Below, one piece after another: positions 1 through 12,863 of a DNA stretch of 64,000 nt; position 1 is the stretch's first letter, and each line of letters opens with the position of its first letter. Source of the stretch: Geosiphon pyriformis uo1 (taxonomy: Eukaryota; Fungi; Glomeromycota). The notes below the pieces were generated by a model. That model saw only the letters and a program-made list of their open reading frames with translations, did no database searches and was not told the origin of the DNA. Both the position numbers and the translations under genes were made by a program. The stretch spans positions 667,050-731,049 of the forward strand of contig JAAOMT010000591.1 of the NCBI GenBank assembly GCA_016748015.1, given 5' to 3'.

Positions 1-187
1 GAAAACTGAACAAAGTGCCAAACAGTCTCGATGGAATGACTTCTTAGCAGACTACAGATATATTGTACACCACAAACCAGGAAAACTACATACCAATGTT
101 GATAGCCTCTCAAGAATGAGACAAGATTAATACCAACAACAATTCCACCACAACTTACCAACTTACTAACAAAATAACCAAACAAGA

Positions 188-1574
188 ATAGATCTCAGAA
201 ACTACAGCAATCTTAAAAATTATTTGGAGATTCTTACCATGTCAGAAAACTGGTCTCCAAGTGAAAAACACCACTTACAACACCAATTAAAACAATATTT
301 CATACACCAAAACAAAATCTATTATAAAAATCACAGAAAACCAAACCAGCCACTCAGATTAGTACAAGAGAATAAAAAAGAAACAATTTTATACAACATG
401 CACACAGATTCATCTTCAGCACACTTGGGAAAAGAGGGAACAATTCAAAAAACCCTTGAACATTATTTTTGGTCTTACATGCAAAAAGATATTCAATAAT
501 ATGTAGAATCTTGTGATAATTGTCAAAGAAAAGGAGGAACTCACCTCACAGAACCTCTAAATCCAATCAAAGTTGGACAATCTTTTGACAGAGTTGGAAT
601 TGATTTAGTCGGACCATTATTTATCACAACCCAAGGAAATTGTTATATTGCTGTTGCAGTGGATTATCTTACCAAATGGCCTAAAGCTAGAGCCATCCAA
701 AGAGCAGATGCAAAATCAGTAGCAAATTTCATCTATGAAGACATTATCTGTAGACATGGATGCCCAATTGAACTCTTATCTGATCAAGAAACACATTTTG
801 TAAACAACTTGATACAAAAAATTTGTGAACAATTCAATGTCAAAAGACCTCTATTATCACCTTACCATCTCCAAACAAATGGACTTGTAGAATGTTTCAA
901 CAGAACATTGTGTGAATCTCTAGCCAAAGTCTCAACAGACTTTGAGCAGGAATGGGATATCTTTATTCCATCAGTGTTACTAGCATACAGAACACTAAAA
1001 CAAGATACTATGAAACACACACCATTTGATCTTACTTATGAAAGGACAGCAACATTACCAATTAATTTCACAGTGGAAACATACCCAGTGCAACCAATCA
1101 ATAAAGAAAACTTTCAAGAGACACTCCAAAGAAGAGCCTACACTCTTCTTAGTACACTGAAAGGAAAAAGAAAAATAGCAGCAACTTATATTGAACATTC
1201 CCAAGCTCAACAAAAAGAAAGACATGACAACAAATTACCACCTATTATCAACGAATTTAAAGTTGGAAATAAAAGTTCTCTTACACAGAACTAAGGCTAA
1301 AAAACAATGGAGTGGGAAATTTGAAAACAAATGGGATGGACTATTTTATATTCATGAAATTCTAGGCAATGGATCATATAAGTTAAGGCTTGATGACAAA
1401 ATATTAGCAAAAGTTGCACATGGAGACAGATTGAAACACTATTATTCCAGAAACAATCCTGAACCATTAATTCCACAAATTGGTACACATTTCTCTTTAA
1501 TTAATCCTAAAGATATTCTCCGAAATTTAGAACCAATAATTATAATAGAACAACAACCAAACTTGAACACTTAA
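188..1574 (+). pseudogene. Stand-alone integrase ORF of element A (HHCC, DDE core, GPF module; no chromodomain)
   Basis: ORF fragments 224-499, 659-1294 and 1191-1574. Motifs H..SSAHLG...WS, CDNCQ, GIDLVGP, DYLTKW, SDQETHF, YHLQTNGLVE, KWDGLF. Start is ATA GAT, which is ATG GAT in copy D. Confidence 0.9.
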
Positions 1575-1717
1575 AGCTTACAATAATTTTCTAATAAAAA
1601 CACAAAGACAAAAATAGTAAATAATTACAAAACACCCAAACCCAAAAACAAATAAAAATCCCATATCCAAAAAATAATTTTCTTTATTCTCTTTTTTCAT
1701 AATTAGTCAATTTTATC

Positions 1718-2425
1718 ATGATTATTTCTCGAAATATTCAACAAATATCCCAAAAATTAATGTTAGTCTTGAAAACACTTCCTGACTTATCCATAACAAT
1801 TAATGGAAGTCAAATTAATTACATTCAGAAAGAAACCACAGCCCCAGTAGCAAATTATTTACAGAATTATCACCTCTATAGAAGAAAAACAAGAAGTCGC
1901 TCTGAGAATAGATTACCAAGATTTTTGAAGCAAGCACTAGAAGAAAATTTTTTAATTGCTCCTATTGACATTTCACCAAATGCTACAATACAACAAAAAC
2001 TTCTACTACTTCTTAATGAACAGAACAATGAACACATCCCTATCTATAAATACTTTCAAATTAGAAAAACACTTTATGAACGAAAACTGAAACTTGAAGT
2101 AACAAATCTCACTCCTGAAGTTATACACAAACAAATCCACAATGAATTCAAAACAGCAGCTGGACCAACAAACACTCACTACAAACTTAGAGCCACTCTT
2201 AGACTCTATGATTTGTTCAATACTTGTGAAAATGTTCTACAAAATCCAATACTGCAACCAATAAAAGTCCAATACATTGGCAAACTCACAGAACTGAAAT
2301 TTCAACAATTTTCAGACCAGATTACTTCAATTATTTTAGATTACTATCTCAATATTACAGATAGTGCTTGGACTTCGATGGAGCTCAGTTTTGAAGAGGA
2401 GATTATGTTACCAGTAGAATTTTAG
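1718..2425 (+). CDS. ORF3 of element A: 235-aa protein of unknown function in the env position, ending inside the 3' LTR
   Basis: Uninterrupted ORF. Homologous copy in D (45284-45991). No signal peptide or TM stretch visible. Confidence 0.75.
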   Translation: MIISRNIQQISQKLMLVLKTLPDLSITINGSQINYIQKETTAPVANYLQNYHLYRRKTRSRSENRLPRFLKQALEENFLIAPIDISPNATIQQKLLLLLNEQNNEHIPIYKYFQIRKTLYERKLKLEVTNLTPEVIHKQIHNEFKTAAGPTNTHYKLRATLRLYDLFNTCENVLQNPILQPIKVQYIGKLTELKFQQFSDQITSIILDYYLNITDSAWTSMELSFEEEIMLPVEF

Positions 2426-3377
2426 CTATTAATTAGCATGAAAATTACCCTTATAATTCATATAATTTATTAGTATATTAATATCATTTCAAATTATCAT
2501 TTATTATTTAATCAATTATCACATATCACGATTCAATTAAAATAATCTAATTAGTATAACAGAAAGTAGGATGATCAAATTACACAATACCCTGAACTTT
2601 ATAACATTCAAAAATTCGCCGAAATTTACAGAAATTCGCCGAAATTATGAATAGTTCACCCAAATTAATGAATAGTTCAGCGAAATAACTTGTAGTTCAT
2701 CAAAATGTATCTTTAGTTTGCCGAAATTTGAGCAAAAAGAAAAAGTGCAAGTTCATAGACTAGTACTACAACAAGTGTATAAAAGAAGAGCTTTTCTCTT
2801 CTGGAAAATGTATCTTACTTTAAATTTATCTCTTAAAACCGTTCCTATATACACAAAAAGAAATAAATATCAAATAATTTGAAAAAACCAAATTCTTTAA
2901 TTATTGTACTTGGAAAATCCCCAAAACCCAACTAACATTTCGAAATTGATTAGCTACCAATTTCAGTAAACTGTTAGTGACCCCAGGTCTGGATAGAAAA
3001 CGTTTCTCTTAACAAAATTCTATTTTTTTTACATTTCTTTTATTTTCTTTTTCTTTTCTTATTACAATCATTAGGGTAGTCTACAGACGAGATTCCTGTA
3101 GAAGAGTTGACTTTCACAGCAAAGTAACTATACATTTTAATGAGCTTCCAGATGAGCAATTCCTGGGAAAAAGTTGATGTTTACTACAATGTAACTACAT
3201 AAAGTAACTGGCAAAGAATTGGCCATTCCACTTATAAGCCCAGCAAGTTCAAATTATAAGAGATAATTTGAAGATAAATTCAGTTACTGGAGGTCCAACT
3301 ACTTCCTGGAAACATGAATTCACAGCAAACAGGTATCAACAACATTTAAAAAAAGAGACCAAAAGCCTCTGGTAACA
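2406..3377 (+). repeat. Fam1 3' LTR (element A)
   Basis: TGTTACC...GGTAACA termini. Matches the reverse complement of 53236-54249. Confidence 0.93.
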
Positions 3378-6300
3378 GCACCTATGAATTTACAGTCATG
3401 CTTTTTGGTCTTATCAATATTTTTCCCATCTTTCAATGCCTAATGGACAAAATGTTTGAATTAGTAAAAAAAAACTTTGTTTTGGTCTATTTAGATGACA
3501 TAATAGTATACTCAAAAACTTGGAATAAATATTAGAACATTTACAAAAGATTTTTGATCTCCTTAGAAATGCTGGTCTCAAAATCAATCTAATCAAATCT
3601 TTTTTTGGACAACAATCTACTCAGTTCTTTGGTTATCTTATCACAAAAAATGGAATTTTTTCTAACTCAGCTAAATTTAAAAAAGTTCAGAACATTAGAC
3701 AACCAATAAATGTTTCTAAATTATACTCTTTTCTTGGTTTGACTTCTTACAATTGCAAATTTATTAAAGATTTCTCCAAATTTATCTTTCTTTTCAATCA
3801 GCTACTCAGAAAAAATGTTAATTATTATTAGGGCACTTATCAACAAAAAGCTTTTGAAACTCTGAAAAAAAAACTTGTTACTGAACCAATCCTTAAACAA
3901 TCTGATTTGGACCAATCTTTTATTCTGCACACTAATATATCTGGTTATGGACTTGGTGCTGTCCTCTTATAAAAAAATAAAAATAATAAAAAACATGCTA
4001 TAGCATATGCCAGTAGAACTTTCACACCAGCAAAAAAAAACTATTCAGTTACTGAACAAGAATGCTTAGTAGTAGTTTAAACTACTAGTTATTGGAATCA
4101 ATATTTTTTTAGTGTGAAATTCCTAATAGTAACAGATTATTAAGCCTTGGTTTGACTGTATGATAAAAAAAAGCTAGAACACAAATGAATAATTTGCTGA
4201 ATACTTCATTTAGATAAATTCGACTATGACATTTAACATCACAAAGAAGCAAATTATCAAAACACTGACACTTTCTCTAGATTTACTATACAGTAATAGT
4301 ACAATTTTTCAACCAAATCAACTTAATTATTAGTAACTCTCTTATAAACAAACATAATAATAAACTTAGACAACTACTCTGTATTAATAAAATTCTTGGG
4401 TAAAAAACAATATCCATTAGAATACACTTAACAGCAAAGAGAACATTTGCACAAACAATCAAATTTCTATTTGATTTGCCAGAACCAGTTATATAAAAAA
4501 AACAGAAAAGATCTTGACTGCTTTTAAAGAGTTATTAGATTTGAAAAAAAAGAAATTGTAATCTACTATATGTATACTGATCTATTAGCTTAACACTTTA
4601 AAAAAACATAAACAATACAAAAAATCTTAGCTTGCTATTATTGGCTTATCTTAAAAAAAGACATTGTTGAGTACATCAAAACCTGTAACATTTGTCAAAG
4701 AAAAGGCAAATCCAATCAAAAAAAAGATATTTATTCAATCTTTGTTGGTTAACTATTTGACAGAATTAGCATAGATGTTGTTAGATTTCTAATAATAACT
4801 TCTGATAATAATAGATATATTATTATAGCTACTGATTATCTTACAAAGTAAGTAGAAACAAGAGCCATTTTAGACAAAACAACAGTCTCAATAGCCAATT
4901 TCATTTATGAAAATATTATTTGTTGTCATGACTGTTCCAAAAAACTTTTATCTAACAAAAAAAAGCTTTTCTCAGTACACTGGTTAAAAAACTTTGTAGA
5001 AAAATGGAAATATTGTTACAATTGAAACTTATACTTCTTATTAATTATCACATGTATTAGCCACTGATGTTATATAAATTAGCCACTCTATTTTTAGTAA
5101 GTGATTATTGACCTGATCAATGACCTAACCATTAACCTGATCATTAATCTGATTATTGACCTGATCATTAATCTAGTCGTTGACCTGATCATTGACCACT
5201 TTGATAGCTATATAAGTGATAAATTTTTTAATTGTAGAAAAGTATAAAGAAATCAAAGAAATAAAGAAATAAAATAACAACTTCATCTCAATCCTTTTCT
5301 TATTGCTAATTTCTCTTTTCCTACTTTCAAGTATCTGAATATCTTAAAGATAAAAGATTACTTGTTGGTTATTCCTTACCCTTTTCCTAAAACATGTAAT
5401 TGCAATATTTGGAGATTATTAAATAAAACATGACTGAAGAGCACATCTGATACTTGATATTAAATTCTAAGAGCACTGACATGAGGCATAGAATTATACC
5501 AATTGTGATCATTTGTTGACAGTACGAACTATTCCTCTATCTTCAGATTTCCCGGTTATCTTTAAAAAGTATAGCAACTGAAATATTTTATGAGACTGAT
5601 CTTGCACATTGAATTTTTACTCATTCAATTCACTCTTTGAAGTTGAATTCACCTTTGATTATTTCTATCACCCTACAATTCTGTTCTTTCTTGCTATCCA
5701 TTGTTACTCATAAAAAAAAAAAAAAACAGATATAGAAAATAGCAGACCAATAAGAGAATAGTATTTAGCATGTGAACACATCACTCAGCAATGTAGAGCA
5801 ATGTCAGAAATCATGGCATATTGCTCAGCAATGTGGAGTGATGTTAGAAAATTAGAGCACATTGCTCAAGAAATTATAGCACATTACTTGGAAATGTGAG
5901 TGATCTTGTAGAACATCTATTATGTATATATAGTAATAGCATTAGAAATAGAAAAAAAACAGAATTCTTTAGTTAGAAATCTTCTATTCACAAATATTGA
6001 ATAAATAAATCATCTACTATTCAAATCTACTCTCCACTATCAACACTTTATGTTGATAATAATTGATACTTAACTATGCTGGAACAATAGCTCTTGATCA
6101 TGGCTATTGATGAGATACTAATTTGTGTATTACCTTGGCTTATTTCTTTATTTTCTTTTATTTTCTTTCTTTTTTTGATTTTTCTTGTTGAATACTAACT
6201 AATTAAGAATTAAAGCACTGAGTAATTGACATTACGGATAGTCTGGTAAAAGTCCTAGAAATAAGGGTAAAATTATATATATATTAACGAATAGCTTATC

Positions 6301-6559
6301 AAAAGAGCACAAATGCCAGAATAAATCTGGCCACCAAGCTGAGAAAGAAATTGAGAACAACTCATAAGGAAACTACGAATAACATCAACAAAGAATCTCT
6401 GTTCATTATACAAAGGATTCAACTCTAAAAACTTTCAGATACAACCAACATACCAGTATTACCAGCATTGCCAAGATATTGAGCACCAAGTTATGGATTT
6501 GTTATTTGATTTGAGATCCCAAATAATCATCTGTAATATTTGGTGCTCCCTGTGAAGTA

Positions 6560-9500
6560 TAATCCTACAGAGAACCAGCACCATTAACAATCATCCAAAA
6601 GTGGCAGAATCAGAAATCATAGGAACAAACCATTTAGGATTTGCCAAATCCTTATTTCAACAATACAGTTAACAAATAGGATTGAACAATAATCATTTCT
6701 CAGCTGAATCAGCCTTCAACTTTTATGTCAACAATAAAATTACAGACTGCTTAGGAGGAACAGTTAACATTGAATCTGCAAGAGAAAATTTCTATACAGA
6801 ATTATTTCAACATATTAGCTTACCAAGAAACTACAGTTTTGCACCAATTATTAGGGAAATCAATCAAACTATTAAAAAGTATACACAACAACAATTCCCC
6901 ATCACCTACGTAGATAAAAGCAAAGAAAGATTGCAAACTCCAGCAGTAACACCAAAACAAATCCAACCACTCAATTGGAAGAAAACCTGAGTTGAATCAC
7001 CCATCTATCTATTATACCATTATATGTCTGGAAGTGTCATCAACATCTCATCAACAGACATGTTCACATCAAACACAACATCAATCTTCGAATGCTTCCC
7101 ATTTCAAAGTAAACAATGGAAAGCAGAGTTATTAAGACCATATGGCAATTACTTTGAAGAATTTAAATTGTAATTGCTGACACCATCAGGATTCCAATTA
7201 TTACCACCTCAATCAGATTTCAGAAATACAAGTCCTTGGGAAATAACAGAATTAGAAAAAAAGGAAAAAAAAGAATCTAAAAATCAAGAATTTACTTACC
7301 AGAACCCAATTACAGAAAACTCAGAATTTAGAACCCCGAATCTTCAAACCCAGCAAAATTCAAATTTAGAAAACCCAGAAATCAAAACTCCAAATATTCA
7401 ACCACCATCAAATCAGAACAATCAGAATTCCAATCTAATTAATCAACCGGATCTATCTCCCATTATCGTTATTAACCCACCACCAGTTGAACCAATTGGC
7501 CAGCCACTACAACAATCACACCAGCAGATTCAACAGCTACTAGTACCACTTCAACAATTACCACAACACAACTTAGATCCAATGGTATACGCACTAATAG
7601 CCAAACTCGAAAAATTCACCAGCAAAGAGGACAATGCCCAAGTATGGCTAAATAATGTGGAGAAAGCCATTGCAGTTAATGGCTGGAATGATGCCAGAGC
7701 CATGCAAGCCATCCCATATTTTCTCCAGAATACTGCCAATTTATGGTATCAAAGTCTGATCAACAAATCCCAAGATTTTAATGCATTCAAAATAAAGTTC
7801 TTAAGATACTTTAGCAACAATAACAGCATTAACAAGCTAGCAAATATCTTCACTACCATCAAACAAGGAGAAAATGAAGCAGTCACTACTTACTTAGAAT
7901 GCTTCCACAGAAATCTGCACCAGATCCAAGCCATTGACCCCAATTATTTCACAGTAGCCCAGATCCTAAATCAGTTTATTTGCGGATTACACAGTAGCAT
8001 CCTACAACACGTATGTCCAATGCATCCCATCAATCTGCAAGCAGCCATCACAAATGCCAGAGATTTTGAAGCCACTGAACTCGAAGCTAACCATGTCCAA
8101 GCCGTTAATCTAGTAATGAATAAATTATCTAAATTGGATTCCAAATTGAAACAATTTAGTAATTCCATCAATCAGAAATTAGAAGGATACTTAGTTGACA
8201 ATCATGCAATTTATCAACCACCACAATGACATAATAATTCTGGAAACATGAATCATTTCCAGAATCAGTCATGTCTATCATTGTCGACCAATCAACAGTG
8301 GCAACAAAAAACATGTGTTTGTCACTATTGTGGTAAACAAAAATACCTACAAATTGATTGCTGCCATCACTTAAATAACCAACAATCAGGAAATCAATAT
8401 CAAAATCCCAATTGCTTGTTTCACATTCTGAATAACACACCGAATTCAGAGCCATACCATCAGAATTACTTATTTATGATACAGCAGCCACTTTATCAAC
8501 CACCAGTATATTAAATGCCAATTTATCAACTGATGACACCAGCAATTTATCAGCCACAACCACAACCCATTTATCAGCTGCAGCCCCAGGTAATGTATTA
8601 GCCCCAACAAATTCAAACACCGCCACAGAACTTACTGCAAAATGGAACCCAAAGGTCGAGATTGACCCAACAAAGCTGGAAATTGTTGATGGTAGTCCAT
8701 CAACCAATCCCCAGTTCCACGGCACAACCATTAGGCTCTCAACAATAGAATTTGGGCACCGAGTATGCCCAAAACCCAAATTCTCAGAACTATTTAAGTC
8801 TTCTTGTCACTCCAGAAGACACCCAATCCAATAACCCAGAAACTAACCAACACCCAACACTTATTAGCAACATTTTGCCAGCTACTATCACCAAGAACAA
8901 ATTACTAGATGCCATCTTTCTATTTGAACCCAAAAAACCATCAATCATGTCATTATTTAGTGGAGCTGCTCTGGAAGAAAATCCTATTACTGTCATGTAC
9001 ACTGATACAAAAGTTAATGGCCATACCATCAAACTAATCCTAAATAGTGGATCAGCTGGCAGTATTATCACATAACAACTCATGGACCAATTAGGTCACC
9101 GAGTTGATCACACTGCTAGCATGTGTATAATCACAGCTGACAGAGTGACTAAAACTCCAATTGGTGAAATCAACAACTTTTCTTTCGAAGTCAATGGCAT
9201 CAGTATTCTCATCAAAGTCTTAGTAATAGAAGCAACCCAATATCAAGCATTGGTAGACAACAATTGGTTATCCAAAACTAATGCCATACTCAATTAGACC
9301 ACTTAAGAATTACAACTCAGTCAAAACAGTTGACACACACATGTACCAGCCACATGTGGCCACTTTAAAACCACCAACTCAACAACTCCACTCATTGAAT
9401 TGGAAGAAAAAAAGGAGAAACCTATCTGGAAAGCTTATTAAGTGTTCTGGACCGACAAAGATCACAACAAACTACTGCCTATACTCTCCTGGGATGACAA

Positions 9501-12500
9501 TAGTAAAGGAAAACAGAAGGAGACTGAGCTTATTTGGAATACCAATTAAACCTGAGAAATTGACAATGACCAAGATGAACTAACTTGGAAGTGAACAAAC
9601 AATAATAGTAAGGAGAAAGAAAAAGAGAAGGAAAAGGAAACAACACCCATTAACAGTACTTATAGCCCATATGCTTACACTTTACTACTGTCATCTGGTT
9701 ATCACCAACCAAAACTGGTATGTGTCAATTGTGACAAGAAATTGTCATTAATGGGCGCATGTTGTGGTGATAACAAAAAATACTCTACTGTCACCAGATT
9801 TTACTGCCATCCATGCGTCATAAAGTGCTTTGGATGATTGAAATGACAAGGAAAGTGGGACAACCAACTATGTTTCACATGTGGAATGATTTTGCCTGAT
9901 GAAGGAATGTGGAATAACATTCTTGGGCAAGAAAAAATGTGCAATGAGACATGTCAGTATACCATCTTGATAAATGACTGGGTATGCAAGAGAACACCAA
10001 TCAATGACACATGAAAAAGAGCATTATGATAATTGGAAAGATATCTCCAGAATAAACATAAACTTTGGAGAATGGCATATGTGAAAGCAGAAGGTGCAAC
10101 AACCAGCGAATTACTGAAAATAAAAAACAATCTTCTATTTCTTTCTGAACCCAAATACATCCAAACTTTTAACATCTTTGGCAACATCAAAAATGACCTA
10201 GAAGAATTCCATAAACACTACTAGCAATTAATGCCCACAATAGAAGAACAGAAACAATGCTTGGAAGAAATCAACACTCAATTATGTGACCACTGTTTGA
10301 TTCCATGTGACTTCTAGTATTGTAATAAGTATAACCTCATTTACAATCTACCACCACGCATGATCTACACAATTACAGAAAAAGAAGAACCAATCAATCA
10401 CTGTGCATCAGAATCGAAATCAACTTTCAATTCTGATTCAAACTTCAACAACAATGACAACAAAAACAACGGTTCCAGCTCTGCTCCAAATAACAACAAA
10501 AATTATGGCAATTCAAATTCTGATTCAAACCCCAAAACCTTTATTGCACTTCCTAATCTCTCCAAGGAACAGGAACTCAAATGGTATAGTGATAATAATG
10601 AAGGTATCATGCCAGAATGCACACATAATACTAATGCAGGATTTGATCTGAGATATCCAGGAAAAGAAGCTATCAAATTGGAACCAAATTTGCACACATA
10701 TATTGATCTCAAAATAGCTCTGGAAATTCCAGCAACAAATATGGTCCAATTAGCATCTAGAAGTAGTTTAGCAAAAAAAAGAATCAACATTAGAGGAGAA
10801 ATAATTGATATGGGATATGTAGAAAATATTATCACCATGCTACAAAATGACTCAGAAAAGACCTATATTATAGAACCAAATGAAAAGATAGCACAGGCAA
10901 TATTCTTATCTCTAGTGAAGATAGTTCAATTAGTTTTAGTGGGAAAGAAGAAAGAATTAGATATAACAGCAAGAGGGATACAGGGATTTAAATCAATGGG
11001 TAGAATAGATATACCAATTAATATGGCAGAAAAAAAAATTGTTGACAAAGGAGAAATTATCTCAACCCATCAAACAATTTCCATTCTATCATATGACCAA
11101 TATGGGTTAACCATAAAAAGAAAAGTAAAAAATCAAGCTCAGTTGTTTGAAGCAGAAGTCACCATTTGCGAATCAGGGGAGATTGGATTCACTAATCTCT
11201 ACATATTAGTCAAAAGCCCCAAAAATATCAAAATTCCCATCTACAATACAACCAGAAGTGTCATCGAAATACCAAAGGGAACCATCATTGGATATTTAAC
11301 CACCAAAGTAAAGGATCAACCACCAAACCACATTCCAGATTTTCTACAGCTTTGCAGATATGTGGATATTACATCACAAACCATTTATGGAAAAAGTAAA
11401 TGTTATCTGTTTCAACCAGAACAATTAGAACAAATGAACATGGGGAATCTAGATTCACTTCAACAGATGCAATTCAAGATGTTACTTAACAATTTCAATG
11501 ACATTTTGCCAGTAAAAATGAATTTGGCTGAACCAACATCATCCAGTATTAGATCAAGACTGGAGATACAATGCCAATTAAACAAAGAGCATACAGAGTA
11601 CCACCAGCTAGCCATGAGATCATTTGTCAAGAAATTAACCAAATGCTTGACAATGGGCTAATTCAGCCATCAATGAGTCCATGGTCATCACCAGTGGTAC
11701 TGGTTCATAAAAAAAATGGAAAAATCCGTTTTTGTGTAAACCACCAAAAACTGAATGAAGTAACAAAAGGTAATAGCTATCCAACTTCAAAAATCCAAGA
11801 ACTATTCAATGCTTTTGGAGGAAATAAATAGTTCTCAACACTAGATTTAAATAGTGGTTACTGACAAGTAGCTATGAATCCAGCTGACAAAGAAAAAACA
11901 GTGTTCATCATAAGAAAGAGAAATTTTGAGTTTGAAGTCATGCCATTTGGCTTGATGAACGCTCCAGCAATATTCTAATGGCTTATGAAAATTGTTTATA
12001 TTAGATTACTATGAAAATCAGTAGTTGTATACTTGGATAACACCAATGTGTTCTCAAAAACATTTTATGATCATTTGCATTATCTCCAACAAGTGTTTGA
12101 AAGATTGAAAAGAGCAGAATTGAAACTAAATACAACCAAATGTTTCTTTAAAAAAATTAAACTCAAGTTTTTGGGACATGTAGTGAGCAAAGATGGAATC
12201 AAAATGGATCCAGACAAGATTGAAGTAGTTAAAAACTTCTGGTACCAACCAACTTGACAGAATTAAGAGCATTTTTAGGTTTTGCAGACTATTATTGCCA
12301 TTTTATTAAAGACTTTTCAAAACTGGCTCAGCCACTTCACTATCTACAGACCAAGAATGTGAAGTATGAATGGACCAAAGCTCAACAAGAAGCATTTGAC
12401 ACATTAAGAAGAAAGTTTATCCAAGCTCTAGTATTGATGTATCCAGATCACAGCAAACTATTCATAATCACCACTGATGCATCAGATCAAACATTAGGAG

Positions 12501-12832
12501 CAGTACTATCACAGAAAAAATCAGATGGAAGAGAACATTCAGTAGCTAACACTAGTAGAAGCTTAAGTTCAGCTGAGAAGAACTATGGAACTCCAGCACT
12601 AAAACACTTAGCTATCTATTGGGCTGTCATCAAATAGAAGAAATACTTGAGTCAAAAGTTTGAAGTGTATACTGATCACAAAAAATTGACTTCAATCCAA
12701 AAACAAAAATTTGCAGACAATTACCATGCCAGATAGAAAATAGAACTTTCACCATTTAATTATACAGTACATTATAAAAAGGGAAAAGACAATGGAAATG
12801 CTGATGAATTATCATGAATAAGACAAATCTAA
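6560..12832 (+). pseudogene. gag-pol of element E (retrotransposon gag, Zn knuckle, aspartic protease, Cys-rich domain, dUTPase, RT, RNase H); start approximate
   Basis: Motifs WLNNVEKAI..NGW, CHYCGKQ, LILNSGSAG (DSG), AGFDL/RSS/IAQ/RGIQGF, SPWSSPVVLV, YLDN, TDASD. The gag and PR fragments at 7174, 8248, 8752 and 9082 share one frame. Confidence 0.88.
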
Positions 12833-12863
12833 AAACATTTCAACCCAAAAAATATAATAAAAG

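Larger units (their letters stand above)
1..3377 (+). mobile_element. Element A: Fam1 Ty3/Gypsy LTR retrotransposon, 3' part (RNase H end, integrase, ORF3, 3' LTR), inserted in the RT of element B
   Basis: RNase H end (NVDSLSR) at 1-130, integrase motifs, PPT GAAGAGGAGATTA before LTR 2406-3377. Sequence after 3377 (GCACCTATGAATT) is Fam3 RT. Collinear with element D. Confidence 0.93.

Noticed and set aside
5108-5900. Regularly spaced repeats resembling a CRISPR array
   Set aside because: They are head-to-tail LTR U3 repeats without unique spacers, in a eukaryotic context with no cas genes.
7551-10838. Many antisense or alternate-frame 60-120 aa ORFs across the TEs
   Set aside because: They are shadows of gag-pol with non-ATG starts and are not conserved between copies.
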